A stretch of DNA of 64,000 bases from an uncultured Gemmatimonadales bacterium (GTDB taxonomy: Bacteria > Gemmatimonadota > Gemmatimonadetes > Gemmatimonadales > GWC2-71-9). The stretch is taken from positions 768,001-832,000 of the forward strand of contig CAVVKJ010000010.1 of NCBI GenBank assembly GCA_963748815.1. Reading direction: 5' to 3'. The notes beneath the pieces were generated by a model. That model did not search any database. It was not told the DNA's origin and worked only from the letters and a program-made list of their open reading frames with translations. Position numbers and translations under genes: made by a program. Below, in pieces: positions 31,142-40,925 of the stretch (its first letter is position 1; each line of letters opens with the position of its first letter).

Positions 31142-31603
31142 ATGCCCTCGACACGACTGCTTCCGCTCCTGGTCCTTGGGACGGCGCTCGTCGCCGCCCC
31201 GGCGGCGCTCCGCGCACAGACGGTCGTCGGCATCCAGGACCTGAGTTTCGGCACGGTCATTCCCGGCGTCCCGACGACCATCCTCCAGACGGACGCGGTG
31301 CGGGCAGGCCAGTTCCGGATCAGCGGGGTGTTCATCCGGAACGTGACGATCACGTTCACCCTGCCGACCGTGATGACGCGCATTGGCGCGCCGGCGGCGA
31401 CGATGCCGATCACGTTCCTGAACAACAGCGCGGGGTACACCACGGTGTTCCAGGCCAATACACCGTTCAACCCGAACACGCCGTACAACGAGACCGTCGT
31501 CTTCAACGCGACGATCACCCTCGGCGGGCGGGTGACACCCGCGCCGACGCAGCTCGGCGGCAACTACACCGCCAACATCGTCATGACCGTCATCTTCCTC
31601 TGA
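31142..31603 (+). CDS. Fimbrial subunit 2 (paralog of subunit 1)
   Basis: Signal peptide; DLSFGTVIPGV; C-terminal LGGRVTP...GNYTANIVMTVIF. Confidence 0.75.
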   Translation: MPSTRLLPLLVLGTALVAAPAALRAQTVVGIQDLSFGTVIPGVPTTILQTDAVRAGQFRISGVFIRNVTITFTLPTVMTRIGAPAATMPITFLNNSAGYTTVFQANTPFNPNTPYNETVVFNATITLGGRVTPAPTQLGGNYTANIVMTVIFL

Positions 31604-31616
31604 GCACGACAGGCCG

Positions 31617-32451
31617 ATGAATCATACCGGACGCTTGCTGGTCGCCCTCCTGACGCTGACGCCCGCCGCCGCCATGGCGCAGGGCGTCATCGTGGCCCCG
31701 CACGCCGTATTCATCGACCACGCCACCCGGGCCGGCTCCATCACCCTGTACAACCCCGGCGACGAGCCGGTCGAGGTGGGCATTTCCTTCGGCTTCGGCT
31801 ATCCGACCACCGATTCCGCGGGTTCCGTCGGGCCTCGAGCTGATGGACGAGGCCCCCGCCGGGGAGCCGGCGGCCACGCCCTGGTTGCAGGCGTTTCCGC
31901 GGCGGGTCACCGTGGGCAAGCAGCAGCGGCAGACCATTCGCCTCCTGGGAACGCCGCCCGCCGACCTGCCCAACGGGGAGTACTGGGCCCGATTGATCGT
32001 GAGCGCCAAGGCCGGGCAGGTTCCGGTGGCCGGCGTGCCCGACTCCGGGAACATCAGCGTCGGCCTGAGCCTCGAGGTCCGGACGGTCATCGGCGTGGTC
32101 TACCGGAAGGGTGCCCTCACCACGGGCATCACGCTGGCCCCGATCAGCGCGGCGTATGCCGCCGACACGGTGGCCGTGCGGGTGCCGATGACCCGCACGG
32201 GCACCGCCGCCTACCTCGGGACGGCGCGCGTCCAGCTCGTCGATGGCCGCGGGACGACCGTCGCCGAGGCCGACCGCGCCGTCGGCGTGTACTACACCCT
32301 CGACCCCCGTCTCGACGTCGCGGTGGATTCGCTGCCGCCGGGCGCGTACAAGGTGCGGGTGAGCGTGTCCACCGACCGGTCCGACCTCCCGGCGCGGGCG
32401 GCCCTCCCGGCCCCGCCGGTCCGCGATTCGGTGGAGATCCGGATCAAGTGA
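31617..32451 (+). CDS. Periplasmic fimbrial chaperone-like protein (frameshift ~31830)
   Basis: Signal peptide; VIVAPHAVFID..SITLYNPGDEP; WLQAFPRRVTV..QRQTIRL..DLPNGEYWARL; RTGTAAYLG (PapD-like pattern). Confidence 0.75.
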
Positions 32452-32966
32452 AGCGCCTCGCCCTCGCCCTGCTCTGCGCGCTCGCGCCGACGGTAGCGTC
32501 GGCGCAGGGCGTGTCCGTCTCGGGCCGGGCGACGGCGACCGTCTACACAGTCCCCATCACCTTTCTGAACCTGCAGAGCCTCAATTTCGCCACGGTCACT
32601 CGCGGCGTTCCGAAGACCGTGGTCCAGAACACCGCCGCCGCGGGAAAGGTGCGGGTGTCGGGGCAACCGAACGCCTTCACCCAGGTCCGGTTCACCCTCC
32701 CGACGCAGCTGCCGAACATCCAGGCGGTGCCCGGGATCAACATGCCGATCAGCTTCGCCGCCAACTCGGCGCGCTGGCGGCGCGCCACCGACGCGACCGG
32801 CGGCGGCACGACCTTCAACCCGGCCGTCGGGGTGAACAATGCCCGCTTCGGCGGGAATGCCAACCCGTACTTTTTCGTGTATCTTGGTGGCACCGTGACT
32901 CCATCTCTCACGCAGGCACCGGGCATCTATCAGGGAACGATCATCCTGACCATCACCTACCTCTAG
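32448..32966 (+). CDS. Fimbrial subunit 3
   Basis: GTG overlapping chaperone stop; signal peptide; ATATVYTVPI, LNFATV, C-terminal VYLGGTVTP...GIYQGTIILTITY. Confidence 0.75.
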   Translation: MKRLALALLCALAPTVASAQGVSVSGRATATVYTVPITFLNLQSLNFATVTRGVPKTVVQNTAAAGKVRVSGQPNAFTQVRFTLPTQLPNIQAVPGINMPISFAANSARWRRATDATGGGTTFNPAVGVNNARFGGNANPYFFVYLGGTVTPSLTQAPGIYQGTIILTITYL

Positions 32967-32967
32967 C

Positions 32968-35919
32968 ATGCTGGTGGGGCTTCTGGCCAAGCTGGTCGCA
33001 GCGCTGATTTTCGTACTCGTCGTCGTCGGCGTGTTTGTCGGCGGGGAGAAGTTTGTGTCGGTGGTCGACAAGGCGAGCGGCCCCGCTCCACCAACCGCCG
33101 TGCGCGCCGTCCCCGAGTCCGTCCCCCACACTCCATACAAGCCGCTGACCCAACCGAGCCCGACGCGCAAACCAGCGCCCTCGGTCGCTGTCTTGACCCC
33201 AACACAGCCGCCGCCCGGCCCCGCCGCCCAGCCCCCCCGCCCCAAGCGCGGTGCCCTCCGCCCAAGCATCGAGCCGCAGCAGCCCCGGCCGGCCCCGACC
33301 CCCTCGCCGCCGCGACGTACCGAACCCCAGCCCAAGCCCCGTGAACCCGAACCCGAGCCGGCTCCCCGCCCCGCCGCCCCGCTGCCCGCCCCCGCAGCGC
33401 CAGCTGCGGCTGGCCCCGCTGACCAGCCTACCGAAGGTCTGGAGCCCGTGCTCATTGACCTGGCTCTCGGGCGGCTGGTCAGCCGGACCGTGGCGGCGTA
33501 TCGCAACGACGGCACCGCGCTGGTGCCGCTCTCGGCGTTCTTCGATCTCGCCGAGATCGGATACAGCATTTCGCCGGACGGGGTGCTGGACGCCCGCCTC
33601 GAGCCGAGCGGCGACATGCTCCGCGTCGCGGCCGGGGCCGACACCGCCTCGGTCGGCAAGCGCCGGGTCGCGGTCAGCCCCTCAACCCTGTTCGTCCGGG
33701 ACGGGGAGCTGTACATCGCCACGGAGCCCCTCGGCGAATTGCTTGACGTCCAGTTCGAGGTGAGCTGGCCGGATCTGACGGCGACGGTCCTCAACCCCGA
33801 TTCGCTGCCGGTGGCCCGGCGGCTGCGGCGCGACCAGATGCGCGCCCTGCTCGCGCAGCGGAACGGGGCCCGGCCCGACACCGTGCTCGGACCGATGCGG
33901 ACCAAGTGGGACGGCATGGTCCTGGATTACAACGTGGCGTTCCCGTTTTCCGACAATCTCGTCGGCGGCGCCTCGTATCAGTTTGCCCTCGGAGCCCAGG
34001 TGGGCGGGGGGGCGCTCGAGGTCGGGGTCCGGAGCCTTGGCACGATCGACTACGGCACGACGGAATTCGCCGCGACGTGGAAAGGCGTCTGGATCGACAA
34101 CGCCTACGTCAAACAGCTCACGCTCGGCACGACGACGCTGACCGGGCCCCGGTACGCCGGCGTCCGTGGCGTCGCGGTGACGAATTCACCCTACGTTCGG
34201 CCCAGCTACGTCGGGCAACTCGACTACTACGGCCGCCTCGAGCCGGGATGGCAGCTGGAGGCGTACTCCGGGGCCCAGCTCGTGGCGTACGACTCGATCG
34301 GGGCGAGCGGCGATTACAACATCACGCTGCCCGTGGGCTACGGCGAGAATCCGGTGGACTTCATCGCGTACGGTCCCACCGGCCAGGTGCGCCGGTTCAA
34401 CCAGACGTATCGCGTCGTCAGCGAGCAGTTGCCCTACCGGCGCTTCGAGTACGGCGTGGCCGCCGGCGAATGCGTCTCCACGTTGTGCAACGGGGCGCTG
34501 AACGCCGACCTCCACTACGGCCTCTCGCGCCGCGTCACGGTCCGCGGCGGCGTGGAAGGCTACTCCCGTGACGGCCTGAACGACCTCGTCCATCCCTACG
34601 CGGTCGCGACCGGCCTGATCGGCAACAGCTTTACGCTGGAGGGCGAGGCGGTCGGCAACGGCTGGGTGCGCGGCGCGCTTCGCTTCGAGCCGTCGCTCAA
34701 CCTGCGCCTCGCCTCCGGATACACGGCGTTCGACGAGACGGTGGAGCGGTCGGTCATCGCGCCGGAGGGGCGGCGGTCGCAGTGGCTCTTCGACGCCTTC
34801 CTGCGCCCGATCCCCTCGCTCGCCTCGCTGTACTTCCAGGCCACCGCCGAGCTCGACGACGGGGTGGACGCGGACATGAGCCGCGCCCGGATCCAGGCCT
34901 CCGTCCAGGTCGACGGGGTGCGCCTCTACCCCTACGTCCGCTTCGAGCGCTTCGCCCCGTCGCTCGGGGATGCGACCCGCCAGCAATACGCCGGGCTCAC
35001 GGCCTACGCGAACGGCCGGCCATCCTGGGGCTCGGCGCTGGGGGGACTGTGGTTTCGCGGCGACGTGGAAGCTGGGGGGGAGGGCGACGGGGTAAACCTG
35101 GCGGCGGTCACGGTCGCGCGGGGCTTCGGACCGGCGCTTCGGGTCGAGGGGGGAGCCGCGTGGAGGCGCAGCGTGCCGGGGACCACCTTCACCCTGTCCC
35201 TCGTTTCCTACCTGCCGACCCTCCAGGCGACCACCACCGCGATCGCTCCCACGGCGGAGCCGGGCAGCGTCTACCAGACCGTGCAGGGGGCGCTGATCTA
35301 CGACAAGAACCAGGGTCGGGTCACGGCGAACCCGAACGCCGGCATCCAGCGCTCCGGCGTCAGCGGCACGGTGTTCGTGGACGACAACGCCAACGGGGTG
35401 CAGGACCTGGAAGAGCCCGGCGCCCCCGGTGTCCGCGTGGTCGTCGGCTCCTTCACGACCCGGACGGACAGCGCGGGCCGCTACCACATCTGGGACATTC
35501 CCGCCTTCGAGCCCGTGCTCGTGCAGATCGACTCCACCTCGCTGGAGAACCCGCTCTATGTGCCGGCGTTCACCTCCGCGAGCCTGCAGCCGCCGCCCAA
35601 CGCCTACCGCACCTTCGACCTGCCGCTGGTGACGGGGGCGGTGCTGGAGGGGCGCGTGCTCTATGAGGGGACGCCGATGCCCGGCGTGACGCTCGTGCTC
35701 ACGAACCGCTCGAACGGGAAGCAGACGTCGATCGCCACCTTCTCGGACGGCACCTTCTATGTGCTGGGAGTCAAGCCGGGGAACTACACCCTCGAGGTGG
35801 ACGCGCGCGACCTCTCGGCGCGGCGCCTGACCGGCACGACGCTGCAGATTACCGCGCAGCCGAACGCGCCGGATCAGTTGAGCAACCTGGTGGTGGAGGT
35901 GCGGGGGGCGCCTAGGTAA
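32968..35919 (+). CDS. Usher-like outer membrane assembly protein with N-terminal TM and Pro-rich linker
   Basis: 983 aa; last gene of pilin/chaperone operon; plug-like LPVGYGENPVDFIAYGPTGQ; YGLSRRVTVRGG; GTVFVDDNANG and C-terminal carboxypeptidase-regulatory-like domains. Confidence 0.7.
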   Translation: MLVGLLAKLVAALIFVLVVVGVFVGGEKFVSVVDKASGPAPPTAVRAVPESVPHTPYKPLTQPSPTRKPAPSVAVLTPTQPPPGPAAQPPRPKRGALRPSIEPQQPRPAPTPSPPRRTEPQPKPREPEPEPAPRPAAPLPAPAAPAAAGPADQPTEGLEPVLIDLALGRLVSRTVAAYRNDGTALVPLSAFFDLAEIGYSISPDGVLDARLEPSGDMLRVAAGADTASVGKRRVAVSPSTLFVRDGELYIATEPLGELLDVQFEVSWPDLTATVLNPDSLPVARRLRRDQMRALLAQRNGARPDTVLGPMRTKWDGMVLDYNVAFPFSDNLVGGASYQFALGAQVGGGALEVGVRSLGTIDYGTTEFAATWKGVWIDNAYVKQLTLGTTTLTGPRYAGVRGVAVTNSPYVRPSYVGQLDYYGRLEPGWQLEAYSGAQLVAYDSIGASGDYNITLPVGYGENPVDFIAYGPTGQVRRFNQTYRVVSEQLPYRRFEYGVAAGECVSTLCNGALNADLHYGLSRRVTVRGGVEGYSRDGLNDLVHPYAVATGLIGNSFTLEGEAVGNGWVRGALRFEPSLNLRLASGYTAFDETVERSVIAPEGRRSQWLFDAFLRPIPSLASLYFQATAELDDGVDADMSRARIQASVQVDGVRLYPYVRFERFAPSLGDATRQQYAGLTAYANGRPSWGSALGGLWFRGDVEAGGEGDGVNLAAVTVARGFGPALRVEGGAAWRRSVPGTTFTLSLVSYLPTLQATTTAIAPTAEPGSVYQTVQGALIYDKNQGRVTANPNAGIQRSGVSGTVFVDDNANGVQDLEEPGAPGVRVVVGSFTTRTDSAGRYHIWDIPAFEPVLVQIDSTSLENPLYVPAFTSASLQPPPNAYRTFDLPLVTGAVLEGRVLYEGTPMPGVTLVLTNRSNGKQTSIATFSDGTFYVLGVKPGNYTLEVDARDLSARRLTGTTLQITAQPNAPDQLSNLVVEVRGAPR

Positions 35920-36763
35920 GAATTGCCCGCTGCTGCTGTTGCATGGTCCGCAGTTGCCACGTTTCCGCGACGATCCCGCCCAGCAGGAAGACCAGCGCCG
36001 TATACCACACCCAGAGCACGGTGAGGATCAGGGCGGTCAGGTGGAAGTCCACCGAGACCGTCTGCAGCATCGCCACCCGCCCCACGTACATCGCGAAGAG
36101 CCGTTTGGCCAGGTCGAACGCCAGGGCCCCGAAGGCCGACGCCACCAGCGCCGCCTGCGTATCGATGCGCCGGAGCGAGGCGTACTTGTAGAGCAGGAAG
36201 AAGAGGGTGAAGGTGAGCAGCAGCCCCAGCGCCTCGGGAATCCACCGCCCGAACGACGAGAAGAGGAATCCCACCAGGGGCGAGTCGACCTCGCCGTAGG
36301 CGCGCGCCACGCGAATCCCCGCGGTGATGGCCGTCGTGAGGAGGAAGACGCCGAGGGTCAGGATGACCATCCCGACGTCGCGGAGCTTGCTCAGGAGATA
36401 GCTCACGAGGAAGTGGCGCCGCTTGGGCGGGCGGACGCTCACATCGTACATCTGGTTGAGCGCGGTGCGGATGCTGGCGAAGAGGCGGGTGCTGAACCAG
36501 AGGAACGCCGGCACGGCATACAACGAGAGCTTGCCACCGTACTCCGCCACCCGGCCCAGGATCTCCTCGAGGAGGAAGAACGGATCGCTGCCCGCCGTGG
36601 TGTCGTGTCTCGGTAGGAACGCCTCGAAAAAATGCGGCAGGTCGATGGCCCCCGTTCCCGCCCACGGCTGCGCCAGCTCGGTCAGGCCGACCAGCAGCAG
36701 GAGGACGAAGGGGATCGCGGCGAGGAGCGCGTCGAAGGTGAGCGCGCTCGCGAGGAAGGGCAC
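35912..36763 (-). CDS. YihY/virulence factor BrkB family membrane protein (start may extend to ~36847)
   Basis: LASALTFDALLAAIPF, ALNQMY, LLYKY, LWVWYTALVFLLGG. Confidence 0.85.
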   Translation of the reverse strand: MPFLASALTFDALLAAIPFVLLLLVGLTELAQPWAGTGAIDLPHFFEAFLPRHDTTAGSDPFFLLEEILGRVAEYGGKLSLYAVPAFLWFSTRLFASIRTALNQMYDVSVRPPKRRHFLVSYLLSKLRDVGMVILTLGVFLLTTAITAGIRVARAYGEVDSPLVGFLFSSFGRWIPEALGLLLTFTLFFLLYKYASLRRIDTQAALVASAFGALAFDLAKRLFAMYVGRVAMLQTVSVDFHLTALILTVLWVWYTALVFLLGGIVAETWQLRTMQQQQRAILT

Positions 36764-36843
36764 ATGATTTTCGTCGGCCGCCTGCAGCGTCCGGCGAAGG
36801 AAACCGCGGAACGAGCGATGCCAGCCACGAATCCGTTTCCGGT

Positions 36844-37272
36844 TCAGATGGCGGGCTCCTCGTCGTCGGCCATGGCGGCTGCCCGACGGCGGGCCCGCGC
36901 GTCGGCCAGCCGCCGCTCGAGTTCCTCCCGCGCCGAATGGCTGGCGCCGCGGACGGCGTCCCGGGCGTCAGAGGCGCGCTCCCGCACATCGCTGACCCGG
37001 TCGTGGAGGGCCTCCTTGACCCGCTCCGCCTCGTCGCGCACCCGGTCCTTCCCCTCCTCGAACCGGTCGCCCAGTTCGTCCAGCCCATCCTCGGCCAGGT
37101 CGCGCAGGTCGCGCGCCTTCCGCTTGATGAGCCGCCGGGTGTGCTCCCCGCTGTGCGGGGCGAAGAGCAGCGCCAGCGCGCCGCCGAGGGCGGCGCCGGC
37201 CAGGAACCACTTCACGCCGGAGCCGCTGTCATCCCTCACGTAGACGATTTCGTCATCCTCATGGCGTGCCAT
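36844..37272 (-). CDS. YtxH domain protein
   Basis: FLAGAALGGALALLFAPHSGEHTR followed by coiled coil. Confidence 0.88.
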   Translation of the reverse strand: MARHEDDEIVYVRDDSGSGVKWFLAGAALGGALALLFAPHSGEHTRRLIKRKARDLRDLAEDGLDELGDRFEEGKDRVRDEAERVKEALHDRVSDVRERASDARDAVRGASHSAREELERRLADARARRRAAAMADDEEPAI

Positions 37273-37273
37273 G

Positions 37274-38689
37274 TCATTCTCCCGCGTCTGGGTCGTCCTC
37301 GGCGGAGACCGACACCTTCTCCAGCGAGGCGTGATGTTGCACGGGCGCGTGGATGTACCGATCCACCAGGGTGTCGGTGCCGTTGACGTTCAGCTGCTCG
37401 AAGAGGAAGCGGAAGGTGCGCTCCAGGTCGGCCGCGATCGCGTCGCGCACCCCCTGCGGCAGCGACCAGCATTCCTCCTTGAAGGGCCCGATGGCCTTCT
37501 TGCGCGCCTTGTAGTAGAACTGCTCCTCGGAGTCGTCGGCCTTGCGGTCGCCCTGCGCGTTCTCGTCCAGCCAGGCGTACATCCGCCCGCGCAGCTCGGC
37601 CGGCAGCTTCGGGTGGTCGAAGACGATGTTCTGGAAATTGGTGGCGAGGTGGATTTCGCACGCCTCCACCCGCGGGAAGTTCCCGAAGGCGTTGCTCGGC
37701 AGCGTACTGGCCCCGTGCTGCACCGCCCCGGCCGTGCCGTAGTCCTGCCGGGCGGCCTTGCTCAGCGCCGCCAGCGCCTCGAGGTCCAGCTTGACCGCGG
37801 CGATGCTGCCGTCGGGGAGCACCACGCCGCCGTGCGAGGTGCCCGTCTGCACCGAGATCTTGCTCAGGCCGTCCGCGACCCCGAGCCCATCCAGCGTGGT
37901 TCGACAGCCCCGCATGAAGGCATGCAGCTCCTCCACGGTGCTGTTCTTGTGGCCCACCTCGCCGATCTCGCCGCCGACCGAGACGGTGATCCCCTCGGGT
38001 TCCCGCTCGCGGATGAAGGCGGTGATTTCCGCGCACCGCTCGAAGTTGTCGCGCTGCTGCTCTTCGAGGGTGGGCCGGGACAGGTCGACCAGGGTCGAGG
38101 TGTCCACGTCGATGTTGTAGAACCCGGCGGCCACTTCCTCCGCAATCAGCTTCTTGACCTCGCCCACCTCGCCCTCGGGGTCGGTGGCGTACTTCTTGGC
38201 GTTGACCTGGCAGTGGTCGCCCTGGATGAACAGGGGGAGGGTGTAGCCCTCGCGCAGCGCCGCGGCGATGATGACCGCCACATATTCGTCGGGCCGCTGG
38301 GCGGTGTAGGCGATCTCGCTCCGGGCGATTTCGAGGAGGATGGCCCCCGCCTTGCCAGCCAGCGCGGCCCGGAACACCGCCCGGGCGGTGTCGTAGGCCA
38401 GCATCCGCACGTTGATGGCGGGCACCGTGAACCCGCCGCACTCGCCGCGGCCCCGCGCGAGGTACAGGTCGTTGATGGACGCCGGGCGCGCCCCGGTGGC
38501 CTGCCCCAGCTCCCAGAGCAGCCAGCGGGCCGCGTCACGCTCCGGCTCGTCGCCGAAGACTGCCTGGCGCACGAGGGCGTCCGTGGCGGGTCCACGGAGC
38601 GCCGCGGCGTTGGTGAGCCGGATGCCGCCCGGCACCTGGGTCACCGCGCCGCCGAAGAGTTGCACCGCCTGTCGCACGTGGTCAGTCAC
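37274..38689 (-). CDS. Class II fructose-bisphosphate aldolase family protein
   Basis: FTVPAINVR, QGDH, DVDTS, GEIGEVG, GTSHGG, VQHGAST, HLAT; downstream of pgi. Confidence 0.87.
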   Translation of the reverse strand: MTDHVRQAVQLFGGAVTQVPGGIRLTNAAALRGPATDALVRQAVFGDEPERDAARWLLWELGQATGARPASINDLYLARGRGECGGFTVPAINVRMLAYDTARAVFRAALAGKAGAILLEIARSEIAYTAQRPDEYVAVIIAAALREGYTLPLFIQGDHCQVNAKKYATDPEGEVGEVKKLIAEEVAAGFYNIDVDTSTLVDLSRPTLEEQQRDNFERCAEITAFIREREPEGITVSVGGEIGEVGHKNSTVEELHAFMRGCRTTLDGLGVADGLSKISVQTGTSHGGVVLPDGSIAAVKLDLEALAALSKAARQDYGTAGAVQHGASTLPSNAFGNFPRVEACEIHLATNFQNIVFDHPKLPAELRGRMYAWLDENAQGDRKADDSEEQFYYKARKKAIGPFKEECWSLPQGVRDAIAADLERTFRFLFEQLNVNGTDTLVDRYIHAPVQHHASLEKVSVSAEDDPDAGE

Positions 38690-38765
38690 GCAATACGTCC
38701 TGGTAGATGGGAACAGGGCCGGATGGCAAAATCTAGACCGCCCGCGGCCCCAGCGCCAAACCGAT

Positions 38766-40145
38766 TCACGCCGTGTCCGGATCGGGCTCCAGAGCGGGTT
38801 CCGGCGCCTCATACCCGACCCGACCGAGCGCCCCGAAGGTCAGCCGCTTGCCGAGCTCGACCCCCGGCTGATCGAAGGGATCGACCCCGTACCAGCAGCC
38901 GGCATATCCCGTGGCGAGCTGGAAGAACATGAGGAGTTCCCCGACGGATTGAGGCGACAGGTCGGGCAGGGCCAGGGTGCAGTTCATCCGGCCCATCCGC
39001 GCGAGCGCCGCGGCGGTCGCCTCGTACTCGGCCTGCAGGAGGCCGCCGAGTGTCCGTCCGCTGAGGCACGCCACCTCCTCCGGCATCGCCTCGAGTTCGG
39101 GAATCGGCAGGTCCTCGCCGGGATCCGCGACCGTCACGAAGGTGATGAGCTTGTCGAACGGCCCTTCCATGAAGAGCTGGACCTGCGAGTGCTGGTCCGT
39201 GGCGCCGACGGAGGCGATCGGTGTGGGCCCGGTGTGCACCACCTGCCCCGTCCGGTCCACCCGCTTGCCGAGGCTCTCCGCCCAGAGCTGACGGAACCAC
39301 TCCGCGACGTCGCGGAGGCGGTCGCTGTAGGGCATCAGCACGTGGAGGCGCGCCCCGACCTGGGTGTCGGCCGCCCAGTGCAGCGCGGCGAACAAGGCCG
39401 CGGGGTTCGTGAGCAGGTCGCTTCCCTCCGCGCGCGCCACGGCGCGGCCCGCCCCCGCCACGAGGGCGGCGATGTCGATCCCGACCAGCGCGGCCGGGAG
39501 GAGCCCCACGGGGGAGAGCACGCTGAAGCGCCCGCCGACGTCGGGAGGCACCTCGAGCGTGGCGATCCCCTCGCGGGTGGCGAGCGCGCGCAGGGCGCCC
39601 TTTTCCGGATCGGTGGTAAAGACGAGGTGCCGGCTGGCGGCTCCGCCGAGCGCGTCATCGAGCCACTTCCGGACGACGAGGTACTGGGCGAGCGTCTCGG
39701 CGGTCCCGCCCGACTTGCTGATCACGTTGACCAGGACGCGCCGGGGGTCGATGCGCCGGAGCGCCGCGGCCACCGACGTGGGATCGACGTTGTCGAGCAG
39801 GGTCAGCCGGGGAAAGAACTCCCGCGCCTCGTCGTCGAGCTCGTTCCAGGCCGGCGGCCGCAGCGCCGAGAGGAGGGCGCGGGTGCCGAGGGCGGAACCG
39901 CCGATGCCGAGCACCAGCACGTGGTCGTGCGCCTGCCCCAGTCCCTCGGCGAAGGCGGCGATCTGGCGGACGGTCGCGGCCTGGCTGGCGAGTCCGTAGA
40001 AGCCGTACTCGCCAGCCGCCCGGCGCTCCCGGACCTCCGCCTGCACCGCACCGAACCGGCGCGACATTTCCTCGAGCCGTCGGCGCGGAATGCCGTGGTC
40101 ACCGTCGAGCCGGTCCTGGAGGACCCTGCCGTACTGCAGCTTCAT
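38766..40145 (-). CDS. pgi: Glucose-6-phosphate isomerase
   Basis: GIGGSALG, SKSGGTAET, VGGRFSVLS, QLWAESLGK, DQHS, DQPGVELGK. Confidence 0.96.
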   Translation of the reverse strand: MKLQYGRVLQDRLDGDHGIPRRRLEEMSRRFGAVQAEVRERRAAGEYGFYGLASQAATVRQIAAFAEGLGQAHDHVLVLGIGGSALGTRALLSALRPPAWNELDDEAREFFPRLTLLDNVDPTSVAAALRRIDPRRVLVNVISKSGGTAETLAQYLVVRKWLDDALGGAASRHLVFTTDPEKGALRALATREGIATLEVPPDVGGRFSVLSPVGLLPAALVGIDIAALVAGAGRAVARAEGSDLLTNPAALFAALHWAADTQVGARLHVLMPYSDRLRDVAEWFRQLWAESLGKRVDRTGQVVHTGPTPIASVGATDQHSQVQLFMEGPFDKLITFVTVADPGEDLPIPELEAMPEEVACLSGRTLGGLLQAEYEATAAALARMGRMNCTLALPDLSPQSVGELLMFFQLATGYAGCWYGVDPFDQPGVELGKRLTFGALGRVGYEAPEPALEPDPDTA

Positions 40146-40921
40146 TGCGCGACCTCCACCGTCAGTCCGTCGTATGCCGGCGCCACACCGTCGGGCAGCC
40201 GGGCCGCCAGCTCCGCGTGCCCCGTTTCGTGCGTGAGGTGGGTCAGGTAGGTGCGCGTGGCCCCGAGCTCGCGGGAGAGCGCGACCGCCTCGTCGATGCT
40301 GAGATGCGTCGGGTGAGGCCGCCACCAGAGGGCGTTGAGCACCAGCACCTCGATCCCCTGCAGGGCACCCCGTTCGACCGTCCCGACCTCCTTCACGTCG
40401 GTCAGGTAGGCGAGCTTGCCGAACCGGTACCCGTACACCCGAAGATGGCCGTGCGGGAAGGCGAGCGGCAGGACCGGGACGCCCTCGACGGTGGTGGCCA
40501 CGCCGGGTTGAAGCGGATGCGGTTCGAGGTGCGGCTTGGAGGTGCCTTCGAAGGCGGTGACGCCCGGATCGAAGATGTAGCGGTAGGACGCCTCGAGCTG
40601 CGACAGCGTTTCCGGCGGACCGTAGATCGGCAGGTGGCGCTTGCTGCGCACCGTGAAGATGCGGAGGTCGTCGATGCCCGCCGTGTGGTCGGCGTGCTCA
40701 TGGGTGTAGAGGACGGCCGAGAGGGATGTCACGCCGTGCGCGACAAGCTGTAACCGCAGTTCAGGGGGGCTGTCGAGGAGGAGATTCGTGTCGCCGACCT
40801 GGAGGAGCGCCCCGGTGCGGGTGCGGCGGTCGCGCGGATCGTCGGAACGGCAGACGGCGCACCCGCAGCCCACCTGCGGCACGCCGAAGGAGGTGCCGGT
40901 GCCGAGGAAGGTGAGGCGCAT
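40142..40921 (-). CDS. MBL-fold metallo-hydrolase (PhnP-like)
   Basis: FLGTGTSFGVP..C.C..C, THEHADHTAGIDD, THLTH, AYDG. Confidence 0.92.
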   Translation of the reverse strand: MRLTFLGTGTSFGVPQVGCGCAVCRSDDPRDRRTRTGALLQVGDTNLLLDSPPELRLQLVAHGVTSLSAVLYTHEHADHTAGIDDLRIFTVRSKRHLPIYGPPETLSQLEASYRYIFDPGVTAFEGTSKPHLEPHPLQPGVATTVEGVPVLPLAFPHGHLRVYGYRFGKLAYLTDVKEVGTVERGALQGIEVLVLNALWWRPHPTHLSIDEAVALSRELGATRTYLTHLTHETGHAELAARLPDGVAPAYDGLTVEVAQ

Positions 40922-40925
40922 CGTG

